Positions 28,139 through 36,647 of a stretch of 64,000 bases of DNA are shown here, in pieces (positions within the stretch are counted from its first letter, which is position 1; each line of letters begins with the position of its first letter). Where the stretch lies: contig CAYTOC010000003.1 in the NCBI GenBank assembly GCA_964439405.1, positions 20,480 to 84,479 on the forward strand. Direction: 5' to 3'. Source of the stretch: an uncultured Candidatus Saccharibacteria bacterium. Its GTDB lineage: Bacteria; Patescibacteriota; Saccharimonadia; Saccharimonadales; UBA4665. The position numbers and the translations under genes are program-made. The notes beneath the pieces were generated by a model. It was not told where the DNA came from, did not search any database, and saw only the letters and a program-made list of their open reading frames with translations.

Positions 28139-29653
28139 ATGGTTATATTGACCATTCTATTAGCGCTAGTTGCGGCTGGTGTTGGTTTTAGCACGTCCGC
28201 AGTGCTTACAAAACGTAAACTTGGCTCAGCTGCGGTTGAGGCAGAAAAAGAGCTAGAGAAAGCTAAGCGAGAGGCATCAAAGCTGGTGACAGCGGCGCAT
28301 ACTGAGGCCGCTAAAATCGCTGAAGAAGCCCGCAAAGACGAACAAACGCGCCGTCATGAATTTAAAGATATAGAAAAGCGTTTAGTTAGCCGTGAGGCTT
28401 CACTTGATAAAAAGCTTGACGAGCTTGATGTGCGCACCGAGAAGCTCCGCAAGGGAGAGGCTGAAGTAGAAGCCTTAAAGGATGAAATCCGCGAAATCCG
28501 CACGCGCCAGCAAGAAAAGCTTGAGAAGATTGCCAAGCTTACTAAAGCTGACGCGGCTGAAAAACTGATGCAAATGACTGAGCGGGATATCAAAGACGAC
28601 CTCAGTGGCTTGATTGCAAAGCTACAGAATGAAGCAAAAGAAACAGCCGAAGACACAGCCAGCACTATCATTGTTGCTGCCATGGAGCGCATGGCAAGCG
28701 AAGTGACGGCCGAGCGTACGGTGACAAGTGTCAAGCTTGAGAATGATGAAATGAAGGGCCGCATCATCGGTAAGGAAGGTCGCAATATTCAGGCGCTCCA
28801 GCGCGCCACAGGCGTTGATATCATGGTTGATGACACACCGGGCTACGCGGTGCTCAGTAGCTTTGACCCGGTTCGTCGTGAAGTAGCGCGCCAAACGCTT
28901 GAGATGCTGATGAAAGATGGGCGCATCCATCCTGGACGCATTGAAGAAGTTGTCGAGAAAGCGCAGAAGAAAGTCGAGAAAGAAGTTATACAGGCCGGTG
29001 AAGACGCTGCGCGTGAGGTTGGCGTACTCGGCATACCGAAAGAGATTCTGCACTTACTAGGTGAGCTAAGATTCCGTACCAGCTATGGCCAGAACGTACT
29101 GAAGCATAGCACTGAAATGGCGCATATTGCCGGTATCATCGCTGAAGAAGTTGGTGCAGACGTGAAGACTGCGAAGTATGCTGCATTGGTGCACGATCTC
29201 GGCAAGGCAGTGACGCACAAGGTAGAGGGCAAGCATCACCATATCAGTGGTGAATTACTCCGCAAGTATGGTGCGCCGGAAGAAGTAGCCGTGGCGGCCG
29301 AGCAGCACCATGATGATGTTGATGCAACGACGCTTGTTTCAGTTATTGTTCGTACGGTTGATGCTATCAGCGCTGCGCGCCCTGGTGCTCGTAATATTAG
29401 CGCCGAAAACTTTGCAGAACGCATGAAGGAACTTGAAAACGTCGCGAACAGCTTCAAGGGTATTGAGAAGTCATATGCTATCAGCGCTGGTCGCGAAGTC
29501 CGCGTTTTTGTGAGGCCAAATCAAGTTGATGATTTGACTGCAATTCAAATAGCACGCGATATTGCGAATAAAATTGAATCAAGTATGCAGTACCCGGGCA
29601 CTATCAAAGTCAACGTCATCCGCGAAACCCGCGCCGTCGAATTTGCTAAATAA
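28139..29653 (+). CDS. rny: ribonuclease Y
   Basis: N-terminal TM, coiled coil, KH domain (GRIIGKEGRNIQALQ) and HD domain (HDLGKA). Confidence 0.95.
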   Translation: MVILTILLALVAAGVGFSTSAVLTKRKLGSAAVEAEKELEKAKREASKLVTAAHTEAAKIAEEARKDEQTRRHEFKDIEKRLVSREASLDKKLDELDVRTEKLRKGEAEVEALKDEIREIRTRQQEKLEKIAKLTKADAAEKLMQMTERDIKDDLSGLIAKLQNEAKETAEDTASTIIVAAMERMASEVTAERTVTSVKLENDEMKGRIIGKEGRNIQALQRATGVDIMVDDTPGYAVLSSFDPVRREVARQTLEMLMKDGRIHPGRIEEVVEKAQKKVEKEVIQAGEDAAREVGVLGIPKEILHLLGELRFRTSYGQNVLKHSTEMAHIAGIIAEEVGADVKTAKYAALVHDLGKAVTHKVEGKHHHISGELLRKYGAPEEVAVAAEQHHDDVDATTLVSVIVRTVDAISAARPGARNISAENFAERMKELENVANSFKGIEKSYAISAGREVRVFVRPNQVDDLTAIQIARDIANKIESSMQYPGTIKVNVIRETRAVEFAK

Positions 29654-29664
29654 TACATTTTGCT

Positions 29665-30345
29665 ATGAGTTCCGTACCAGAGTTTGAGAGCCAGAGCTAC
29701 GATACAAGTACAGATCTTGTGCTGATGGATGGCGCTGCATGGGTCAATGTTCTGGTTTATGAGCAGGAAAGGGATGCAGGCCAAGCGCGTGAACGGTTAG
29801 ATAGCCGGCTGGGAGCGCTTGGTATGCTAACATATCGTCGATATTTTAAATCATGCGTTGATGACGGTGCATCACAGCAGGTGGCAAGTTGGCCAATACG
29901 TCAGAGATGGCCTAAAGATTACGATGAGGTGCAAGTTGTCGTTAATACTGAAGAGACGGCCTATGAGGCAGGGGCTAGTCTAAGAAAACTCACTTCCCAA
30001 ACCTACTTTGTTGATGCAACACACGGGTACATACTTGGCGGTGAGCCTCGTACGGCTTATAGAAAGGCTAAAGAATGGATAGATGTGCTTGATCCTGTCT
30101 CAAAGATTGTTGCAATGGACGGTTTTGTGCACGTTAGGCATGGAGGATGCGGCCAACTGGAGAGCGATAATCTTATGCAACGCTGCGAAGATGAGGCATT
30201 TGGACCAAGTGTTAGATTTGACGCGGCAATGCGGTACAAAAACGCCGCTCGGGGTCTACTGGCGTATCTAAATAATATTAACTTCGCTACGGACCATCCG
30301 TCTACGCCTTATAAGCTCGTGATAACGGAATCAGAAAAGGCATGA
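29665..30345 (+). CDS. hypothetical protein inserted between rny and ymdB
   Basis: 226-codon ORF overlapping the ymdB start by 4 nt. No motifs recognised. Confidence 0.55.
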   Translation: MSSVPEFESQSYDTSTDLVLMDGAAWVNVLVYEQERDAGQARERLDSRLGALGMLTYRRYFKSCVDDGASQQVASWPIRQRWPKDYDEVQVVVNTEETAYEAGASLRKLTSQTYFVDATHGYILGGEPRTAYRKAKEWIDVLDPVSKIVAMDGFVHVRHGGCGQLESDNLMQRCEDEAFGPSVRFDAAMRYKNAARGLLAYLNNINFATDHPSTPYKLVITESEKA

Positions 30346-31136
30346 ACATATTATATATCGGCGATGTGATGGGTGAGCTTGGGCTTAGAACGGTAGAGCG
30401 GGTTTTACCGCGTTTGCGGGCTGAAAAGCAGATAGATTTCGTGGTGGCGCAGGCGGAGAACGTGACAGATGGTAAAGGTATATCAACGGCGGATTTTGCG
30501 CGTTTGCGTAAAGCGGGCGTAGATTTTTGTACCGGTGGTAACTGGACCATGTGGAATGATGATATTTTTCCAGCGCTAAGTGATCCAAGCCAGCCAATTA
30601 TCCGCCCAGCCAATTATCCGGAGGGCACACCGGGTCTTGGCTATAAGTATGCTGACACGCCAAGGGGTAAGGTGCTCGTGGTGAGTTTGCTTGGTGGCAT
30701 CGTCGGTCGTGATAGCGAGAAGCCCGCAGATAATCCACTGCAGGTTGTTGATGCAATCTTGGCGGATGCCGAGGCGCGGGCCGCAACAGTAGTAAATCTG
30801 CATGGTGACTTCAGTAGTGAAAAGGTGGTCATCGGGCAGTATTTAGACGGCAAAGCAAGTATCGTCGTAGGTGATCACTGGCATGTACCAACAGCAGACA
30901 GTAGGGTGTTGCCAGGCGGAACAGCGCATCAAACAGATGTTGGTATGGTTGGCGCACTTGAAGGTAGTCTGGGCGTTGAACTATCTTCAGTTCTGCCACG
31001 TTGGCGCGACGGTCAGCAGACCCGAAATATACTCATTGAGCATGGTCCGACGCAGTTCAATGCGTTGCTGGTAGACGTTGATGAAACAACCGGCTTAGCA
31101 ATTGCCGCCGAGTCCATCCGTCTAGTTTTTGACTGA
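30342..31136 (+). CDS. ymdB: YmdB-family metallophosphoesterase (TIGR00282-like)
   Basis: MNILYIGDVMG..., AENVTDGKGI, GNWTMW and HGDFSSEK. Confidence 0.9.
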   Translation: MNILYIGDVMGELGLRTVERVLPRLRAEKQIDFVVAQAENVTDGKGISTADFARLRKAGVDFCTGGNWTMWNDDIFPALSDPSQPIIRPANYPEGTPGLGYKYADTPRGKVLVVSLLGGIVGRDSEKPADNPLQVVDAILADAEARAATVVNLHGDFSSEKVVIGQYLDGKASIVVGDHWHVPTADSRVLPGGTAHQTDVGMVGALEGSLGVELSSVLPRWRDGQQTRNILIEHGPTQFNALLVDVDETTGLAIAAESIRLVFD

Positions 31137-33057
31137 CCCCTAGAAAATGAGCGCAATAACTGATATACTTACAAAGTTTTCGGGGATTGGCGCAGTTGGC
31201 TAGCGCGCGCGGTTTGGGACCGCGAGGTCGAAGGTTCGAGTCCTTTATCCCCGACCAAGAAGTATTTTCGCTAAAATCCACCATCATATCGTACGGTGGA
31301 TTTAGCTTTATAACAGAGATAGAGTTGTCACGAGCACGTAGGTTCGACACGACCTCACGATACACTGCATCTTCTTCAATTAAATCTGACGTTTCAAGTA
31401 TGGTTTTAAGATACGAGTGGACGAGTTCGACAAACTCTTCACGGGTCGGCAGTGCTCTCTGCAAATCGTCTAGTTCTTTCTGTGAAGCGGTTATCGTAGC
31501 ATTGACGGCGTTAATCTGTGCTTGATGAAACTCTAGCTTGCCAGTGTGATGCTTTTTATATGTTTCAGGGTCTTCAACTTGAAAGGTTTGATACTTTGAG
31601 TACATATCCTTTTGACGTTTTAGCTCTGCTTTCGCCTCTGTTAGCTTTCTTTTTGCTATATCCTTGTCGATGGCTACTCGCTTCTCGATACGGTCAATAT
31701 ACTGCTTGTGAGCCTCTAGAACATTGGCGGTCATATGACGCATCGTCCATTCGATATGAGCCGTAACAAACCGAGCACTGATGCTCTTTGGAAGCTTCTT
31801 GCCATATACCCTAATCGCTTCTTCGTCATTGTGGCGGATACACTCTTTGTTGCGACAGTAGTACGAAATCTGCCAACTACCAGCGTTCTTGCCTCGTTTG
31901 ATTTGGGCACGTTGAAAGCCCATACCGCCATTGCAGTAGTCACAAATAACTTTCTCACGAAGCAACCCGAAGTCTAGCCGTTTAGCGACGTTACTACGTC
32001 CGACAAACTCCTTGTTAAAGCTATCCGACATATTTTTGCTCAAGGCGATGAACTCGTCTGGTGTCATCAGTGGCAGAAAGTTATACGTATCATTTAGGTT
32101 AGCTATATTGTCACCGTATTTGTAAGCACCTGTATAGAACGGGTCGGCAAACATTGTTGCAACAGTCTTCTTGTCCATCTTTGCTTTTTTGTAAGGGTCG
32201 TCTTGGTTCTTACGAAAGCTAAAGTTCGATACGTTCAAGAAGTCTGCTATCTCTTGGTTGGTCTTGCGGTCTTTGAGCCTCATAACAACGGCTTGACGGA
32301 GTAACTGCCAGTGTACCCCGTCTGGCATAAAACGACCCGTATCAGTGTCTGCATAGTAGCCCTTTTTAACAAGCCCGACGTATTTACCCTCGTGGATAGC
32401 ACCAGTGATACCACGTGCCACATCGACGGCTAACTTGTCGCTATATTGCTTTGATGTAGCAAACAAAATACCAAGCATCATTTTGCCGTTCGGCGTGTTG
32501 TCGAAAGCATATGTACAGAACAACAAGTCCTGTATTTTCTCGTAGTCTACGTGTTCGATAATCTGACCACCCTCTAGCATATTGCGTGACAGACGGTCGG
32601 GCGACCACGATATCAAACCGTGATATTTGCCCCTCTCAAATCCCTCCATAATGTCGTTGAAGATGATACGCTTACCAGAGATTTTTGCCGACTGTCGCTC
32701 CTCGAAAATATCCTCTGGACGGACGTATATACCCATCCTTTTCGCTAAATCTAGGCACTCTTTTCGCTGGTCGTCGATTGACCTAACTTGCTTGCGTTCA
32801 TCATCCGTTGATTTGCGTAGGTAGATTACATAACGTCGCTTCTCTTTAGGTAGTATCTTTCGGCTACCCTCCATCGACTGTACGAAGAAGTCTACAAGAC
32901 CATCAACCGTGTATCTGCTCTCTGGAAGATTGAATAGTTCTGGGTTATCTTTAAGGCTTTCAGCCACAACTTGCTCGGCTTGCTTCAACTGCTTATCACT
33001 AAGCGGTACAAGCAATTGCTTCTTGCGTGTTCTAGTTTTCTTATCACCTGTAGCCAT
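31057..33057 (-). CDS. large serine recombinase (resolvase domain + recombinase domain + zinc ribbon + coiled coil)
   Basis: YVIYLRKSTDDERKQVRSIDDQ (catalytic Ser), SWSPDRLSRN and CDYCNGGMGF...YYCRNKEC. Start set to ATG 33057. There is no stop codon before the element boundary, so the last 66 codons are antisense tRNA-Pro and host DNA. Confidence 0.85.
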   Translation of the reverse strand: MATGDKKTRTRKKQLLVPLSDKQLKQAEQVVAESLKDNPELFNLPESRYTVDGLVDFFVQSMEGSRKILPKEKRRYVIYLRKSTDDERKQVRSIDDQRKECLDLAKRMGIYVRPEDIFEERQSAKISGKRIIFNDIMEGFERGKYHGLISWSPDRLSRNMLEGGQIIEHVDYEKIQDLLFCTYAFDNTPNGKMMLGILFATSKQYSDKLAVDVARGITGAIHEGKYVGLVKKGYYADTDTGRFMPDGVHWQLLRQAVVMRLKDRKTNQEIADFLNVSNFSFRKNQDDPYKKAKMDKKTVATMFADPFYTGAYKYGDNIANLNDTYNFLPLMTPDEFIALSKNMSDSFNKEFVGRSNVAKRLDFGLLREKVICDYCNGGMGFQRAQIKRGKNAGSWQISYYCRNKECIRHNDEEAIRVYGKKLPKSISARFVTAHIEWTMRHMTANVLEAHKQYIDRIEKRVAIDKDIAKRKLTEAKAELKRQKDMYSKYQTFQVEDPETYKKHHTGKLEFHQAQINAVNATITASQKELDDLQRALPTREEFVELVHSYLKTILETSDLIEEDAVYREVVSNLRARDNSISVIKLNPPYDMMVDFSENTSWSGIKDSNLRPRGPKPRALANCANPRKLCKYISYCAHFLGVSQKLDGWTRRQLLSRLFHQRLPATH
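31181..31257 (+). tRNA. tRNA-Pro(UGG), CCA encoded; integration target
   Basis: CGGGGAT/ATCCCCG acceptor, CGCGG-TTTGGGA-CCGCG anticodon arm, TTCGAGT T-loop. Confidence 0.95.
31240..31257 (+). repeat. attL core GTCCTTTATCCCCGACCA (3' end of the intact tRNA-Pro)
   Basis: Identical 18-mer at 36978-36995. Confidence 0.85.
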
Positions 33058-33120
33058 ACTGCCTATCATTATAGCTTGTAATATAGGTTCGACGTTTTTC
33101 TGGTATATAATAAGACCACA

Positions 33121-33852
33121 ATGAACTTCACTTGCCCATACTGTAACCACGCTACGACGATAACCGACCCGAACAAGTACAACCTCTGGGAAAAGGTAGC
33201 CATAAAACAAAATAACACAAATTACACCCACGATATCGGCGTTGGATTTTTAGTTATTGCTTGTCCAAATCAAGACTGTAAGGAGCTCACAGTAACTTCA
33301 AGACTAACTGGGTCAAAAACTGGCTACAACCAAGTGCAAGGTAGCTTCAATGCACCAGATGCGAGTACCTTATACAAAGAGTGGCGACTAGTGCCAGATA
33401 CAGACGCCAAACCTCAGCCAAGCTATATACCCAAGCAACTGGTGCAGGATTATACGGAAGCGTGCAAGATTAGAGATTTAAGCCCTAAAGCATCTGCCAC
33501 CCTTGCTCGTCGTTGCCTACAGGGTATGATACGAGACTTTCACGGTGTTAAAGACAAGAAGTCTTTGTACGATGAAATTGACGCCCTGAAAGGGGTTATC
33601 CCTACAAGCGAGTGGGACGCACTGGACAGCCTACGTTCTATTGGTAACATCGGTGCTCATATGGAAAAGGACGTTGACCTTATCATAGACGTCACATCCG
33701 AAGAGGCTAATACTCTAATTGCTTTCATCGAGTATCTTTTTAAACAATGGTATGTAAAGCGTCACGACGACGAAGAGAACTTACGTGCCGTTAAGGCAAT
33801 TGCTGGCATTAAAAAGGCTCAGAAGAAGCCTGCCCCTGAAAAATCTGAGTAG
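33121..33852 (+). CDS. Zn-ribbon + DUF4145 domain protein
   Basis: CPYCNH...CPNQDC N-terminus, then ARRCLQGMIRDFHG...LRSIGNIGAHME...LIAFIEYLF, the DUF4145 helical-domain pattern. The -10 box ends 9 nt upstream of the ATG. Confidence 0.75.
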   Translation: MNFTCPYCNHATTITDPNKYNLWEKVAIKQNNTNYTHDIGVGFLVIACPNQDCKELTVTSRLTGSKTGYNQVQGSFNAPDASTLYKEWRLVPDTDAKPQPSYIPKQLVQDYTEACKIRDLSPKASATLARRCLQGMIRDFHGVKDKKSLYDEIDALKGVIPTSEWDALDSLRSIGNIGAHMEKDVDLIIDVTSEEANTLIAFIEYLFKQWYVKRHDDEENLRAVKAIAGIKKAQKKPAPEKSE

Positions 33853-33880
33853 TCTACATCTACCGACACCCAATAATAGT

Positions 33881-33889
33881 TGCTATAAT
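33881..33889 (+). promoter_or_regulatory. extended -10 promoter TGcTATAAT
   Basis: Consensus extended -10. The predicted transcription start site (TSS, ~33896) coincides with the first base of the P1 stem of the downstream structured RNA. Confidence 0.5.
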
Positions 33890-33895
33890 CAGATT

Positions 33896-34045
33896 GTCTA
33901 GCTTGTTTAATACGCAATAATTTACCGCTCGGCTTTTGCCGTAATGGTTTTTAGCTTTAGAAAGGGGCATCGCCCGAAACAGTAAGCTAAAACTTATTGC
34001 GGAACAAACAGGCTAGACACCCGTTGGCGGTGTCCCTTTTTATTT
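33896..34045 (+). ncRNA. candidate structured RNA (sRNA or riboswitch-like leader) with an intrinsic terminator
   Basis: Nested helices. P1 is 33896-33908/34006-34018 (13 bp, one G-U). P2 is 33913-33920/33994-34001 (8 bp). P3 is 33949-33957/33984-33992 (9 bp). Small hairpins at 33930-33941 and 33965-33975. Terminator stem 34016-34034 followed by TTTTT. Confidence 0.45.
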
Positions 34046-34088
34046 AAGGCACTTCTACGGTTACAGCAACTAAATAGGAGTGTCTAAA

Positions 34089-34316
34089 ATGAAAGACCGC
34101 AAAACTTACAAAATACTAACCGCTTGTAGTTTCATACTACCGATTAACCGATGGTATCTCGGCAACGGCAAGGGTGCTATCGGGCGAAGTATCAGTGCCA
34201 ATTATTTGCTTATGGGTTGGCTCGGTGACCTGTTTTATATGGACAAGACTTTTGACGAGGCTATGGCTAAGCGTGGTTTTGCAAACACCAACATCCGAAA
34301 CGAGCAGGGTCGTTAG
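34089..34316 (+). CDS. small degenerate TM2-domain-like protein
   Basis: INRWYLGNGKGAIGRSISANYLLMGWLGDLFYMD resembles the TM2 motif. AGGAG lies 8 nt upstream of ATG 34089. Confidence 0.5.
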   Translation: MKDRKTYKILTACSFILPINRWYLGNGKGAIGRSISANYLLMGWLGDLFYMDKTFDEAMAKRGFANTNIRNEQGR

Positions 34317-34319
34317 ATT

Positions 34320-36242
34320 TTATATACCAAATTGCTTCAGTATAGCTTCTGCTAAGTCGTGCAGTTTTGGAGCATCTGTTTTGAATGTGCTTTTAGGAGT
34401 ATATTTCGAGACGCTAACTTTAATCGCCATCAGGATGTCGTCTATTTCCTGCTTCTTGTCTTTCTTTGTTTTGCCCTCTTCTGATATTTCTTTCTGAAGA
34501 TGCAAGGTCAACTGATTACAAAATGGCGTTTTTTCATCTAGAGTGATATCGGCAACACCATTCTTCTTAAACTGCTTATTGGCCTCACTCTGAACAAAGG
34601 TCATAGGCAAAGCGTCTTCAATCGTACCGTCCTCAATAATGTCACCGTTTAAGTTACGTATTGTATGGACATTACCCTTAAATAACTTGTCGCCAATTTT
34701 TTCGATTTCCTTTTTCATTTTTTTGCCTTGTTCATCATCGTCGGTCATTACCATCGAGGAGACCCTATAGAACGCCATAAGAGTAGCGGTTGCGACAATA
34801 GTGTTACCCGTGCCATTTGCAATCGAAATGTTATGGTCTTTGTTTATCTTCGCAAGAGCAGTCTCTAGCAAGTTCTTGTCGGTCGCACCCTCTACCAACA
34901 GCTTACGTTCTGGCAAGAAGTCAGCAATGACGTTGATACCGAATGCAGATTTCAAAATGTCGTCGTTCGTTATGTCCTCTTCAGTTTTGATTTGGCGTGA
35001 CTGAGTAAGTCCAGCTTTACTTTTCGTCAGCAAGTAGTGCCTATCCTTGGTTTTTTCGTCAATCATAAAGTTTGAATGGGTAGAGATGAACAGGTAGTTG
35101 TTTTTGCCTATCTCCAGCAGTTCGTCTCGCATCCAGCGTATACCAGACGGGTGCAGATGTACTTCTGGTTCGTCAATTAGCACCAAATGGTCTTTTACGT
35201 CACCAGACAAACTACTTATTGAGATACTCAAAAGCATTGACACAAACTGCTTGAAACCCTGACTTCTGTCGGACATATTGAAGCGGTTGGATTTGTCAGA
35301 CTTGTCTTTAACATAAACATAGGCACTCAGGTCGCTCTCTACTCGAACTTCAATTTCGATTTCGTGTTCATTCCACTTCTTGTTGAGGTACTCAGTTGAC
35401 TTGGTACCTAGAGTGTCGCCAAGCTTGAGGCGTTCATTGTTGGATTTTTCGGCTTCGTTAACAATTGCCGTTATATCCTTGTCAGTTGTATACCCTGCTA
35501 AGTAGAAAATGTTCTTTAGTGGGATATTAGCATCTGTCGATTTAATAAAATCTTTAAGCTGTACTTGTTCTGGCACTAGATACTTGTCTTTTTCTTCCGA
35601 CTTCCATACGTCCACTGGAATATCGTGAGCCGTTACATAATCGAGCAATGCTTGCTTGATGATATCCTTGAAGCTCTCTGCATCAAGTTGCGTGTACGTC
35701 TCTTTCTCTTCGTCCGTAAGCTCTGAGTTAGCCTTTATGGTAACGGTTTCCTCGGCACTGGTAGCTGGCGTTGTCGGTGTGGCAGGCGTGCTAGCAGACA
35801 CTTTGATGTAACTGTATTTTTTAACATCTACTTTATTCGCCTCGTAGTCACAATCGACTTCGTACTGGTCGAAACCTTTTTGCAAGTACATCTCTTTGTA
35901 GAGCTTCGTTATCTTTAGGTTATCTAAAAGTTGTTGCGGTATGGTGATTGCTTGAGCTATTGCACTGCGGTAGTCGTCTTCGTCATCTGTCTCAAATCCG
36001 AAAAATACTGACACGATACTAGCGTCTACACCTTGTTGCTTATTCTTGTAGTCTTCGAAAGCGACGGTGTCTTTATTCTGTGGCGTAGCCATAGCATCAA
36101 GTACATTGCTTTTACCAGTTTCATTTTTACCGATGAGAATTGTAGTGTAACTTGCACTCTCGCCCTTGCCATATTTCGTGACAGGGAAATCAAGTTCCTC
36201 GATGGACTTGTACCCTCTGATTTTTATTTCAACAAGCTTCAT
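34320..36242 (-). CDS. OLD-family nuclease (ABC-type ATPase + C-terminal Toprim), stand-alone
   Basis: Walker A GKNETGKSN, Walker B/D-loop LVLIDEPEVHLHP, and Toprim LLVEGATDKNLL with MTDDDEQG. Confidence 0.85.
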   Translation of the reverse strand: MKLVEIKIRGYKSIEELDFPVTKYGKGESASYTTILIGKNETGKSNVLDAMATPQNKDTVAFEDYKNKQQGVDASIVSVFFGFETDDEDDYRSAIAQAITIPQQLLDNLKITKLYKEMYLQKGFDQYEVDCDYEANKVDVKKYSYIKVSASTPATPTTPATSAEETVTIKANSELTDEEKETYTQLDAESFKDIIKQALLDYVTAHDIPVDVWKSEEKDKYLVPEQVQLKDFIKSTDANIPLKNIFYLAGYTTDKDITAIVNEAEKSNNERLKLGDTLGTKSTEYLNKKWNEHEIEIEVRVESDLSAYVYVKDKSDKSNRFNMSDRSQGFKQFVSMLLSISISSLSGDVKDHLVLIDEPEVHLHPSGIRWMRDELLEIGKNNYLFISTHSNFMIDEKTKDRHYLLTKSKAGLTQSRQIKTEEDITNDDILKSAFGINVIADFLPERKLLVEGATDKNLLETALAKINKDHNISIANGTGNTIVATATLMAFYRVSSMVMTDDDEQGKKMKKEIEKIGDKLFKGNVHTIRNLNGDIIEDGTIEDALPMTFVQSEANKQFKKNGVADITLDEKTPFCNQLTLHLQKEISEEGKTKKDKKQEIDDILMAIKVSVSKYTPKSTFKTDAPKLHDLAEAILKQFGI

Positions 36243-36268
36243 AGTGCTAATTGTAGCATACTTTCACA

Positions 36269-36298
36269 GTTATAAACTGCTTATGCTAATCTGTCAAA
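36269..36298 (-). promoter_or_regulatory. sigma70-like promoter of the OLD gene (TTGACA, 18-nt spacer, TATAAC)
   Basis: Minus-strand TTGACA at 36298-36293 and TATAAC at 36274-36269. The -10 is bracketed by the inverted repeat TAGCATA (36254-36260) / TATGCTA (36282-36288). Confidence 0.5.
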
Positions 36299-36430
36299 GT
36301 TTGTTGGCAACGTCAATCTGTTGGAAATCGCCACCCCTGTTCCAACAATTTAATGTTGGGCGAAACGAAAACATCCGATTTTTTGGCATCGGGACATATT
36401 TAGGTAGGTAGTGCGTTTACGCTTCCATAT

Positions 36431-36467
36431 AAAAAAGCCCCCTTGATAGGTAGGGGGGCTTATATTT
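36431..36467 (-). terminator. intrinsic terminator after the two small ORFs
   Basis: AGCCCCC/GGGGGCT stem with an A-run on the plus strand, which reads as a T-run on the minus strand. Confidence 0.7.
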
Positions 36468-36468
36468 G

Positions 36469-36630
36469 CTACTCTTCGTCTTCTGCTCGTATATACTTTT
36501 CGCCACTAGGGTCGGTAGAGACTTTGTTGTCCCAGTTGCTCGTATCGGTTGCTGATTGTTGCGGTGGCAACTCTACAACTTCACTTTCTTGAAGCATAGC
36601 GTTTTCTTTGGCTTCGTCGGTGTCGCTCAT
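36469..36630 (-). CDS. possible 53-aa acidic protein
   Basis: ATG-initiated MSDTDEAKENAMLQESEVVELPPQQ..., 17 nt downstream of the 78-aa ORF and directly followed by a terminator. Confidence 0.35.
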   Translation of the reverse strand: MSDTDEAKENAMLQESEVVELPPQQSATDTSNWDNKVSTDPSGEKYIRAEDEE

Positions 36631-36647
36631 ATTATTTACATTATACG

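Noticed and set aside
33058-33231. N-terminal 58 codons of the listed 724-aa recombinase ORF (MGVICVILFYGYLF...).
   Set aside because: This part overlaps the divergent DUF4145 gene start and its promoter and has an implausible sequence. ATG 33057 (or 33069) follows a TATAAT box and precedes the resolvase domain.
33896-36242. Considered whether the structured RNA plus the OLD nuclease is a retron (msr/msd with an OLD-type effector).
   Set aside because: No reverse transcriptase gene lies in or near the island, and the RNA lacks the flanking inverted a1/a2 repeats with a conserved branching G that I could identify. It is kept as an unclassified structured RNA.
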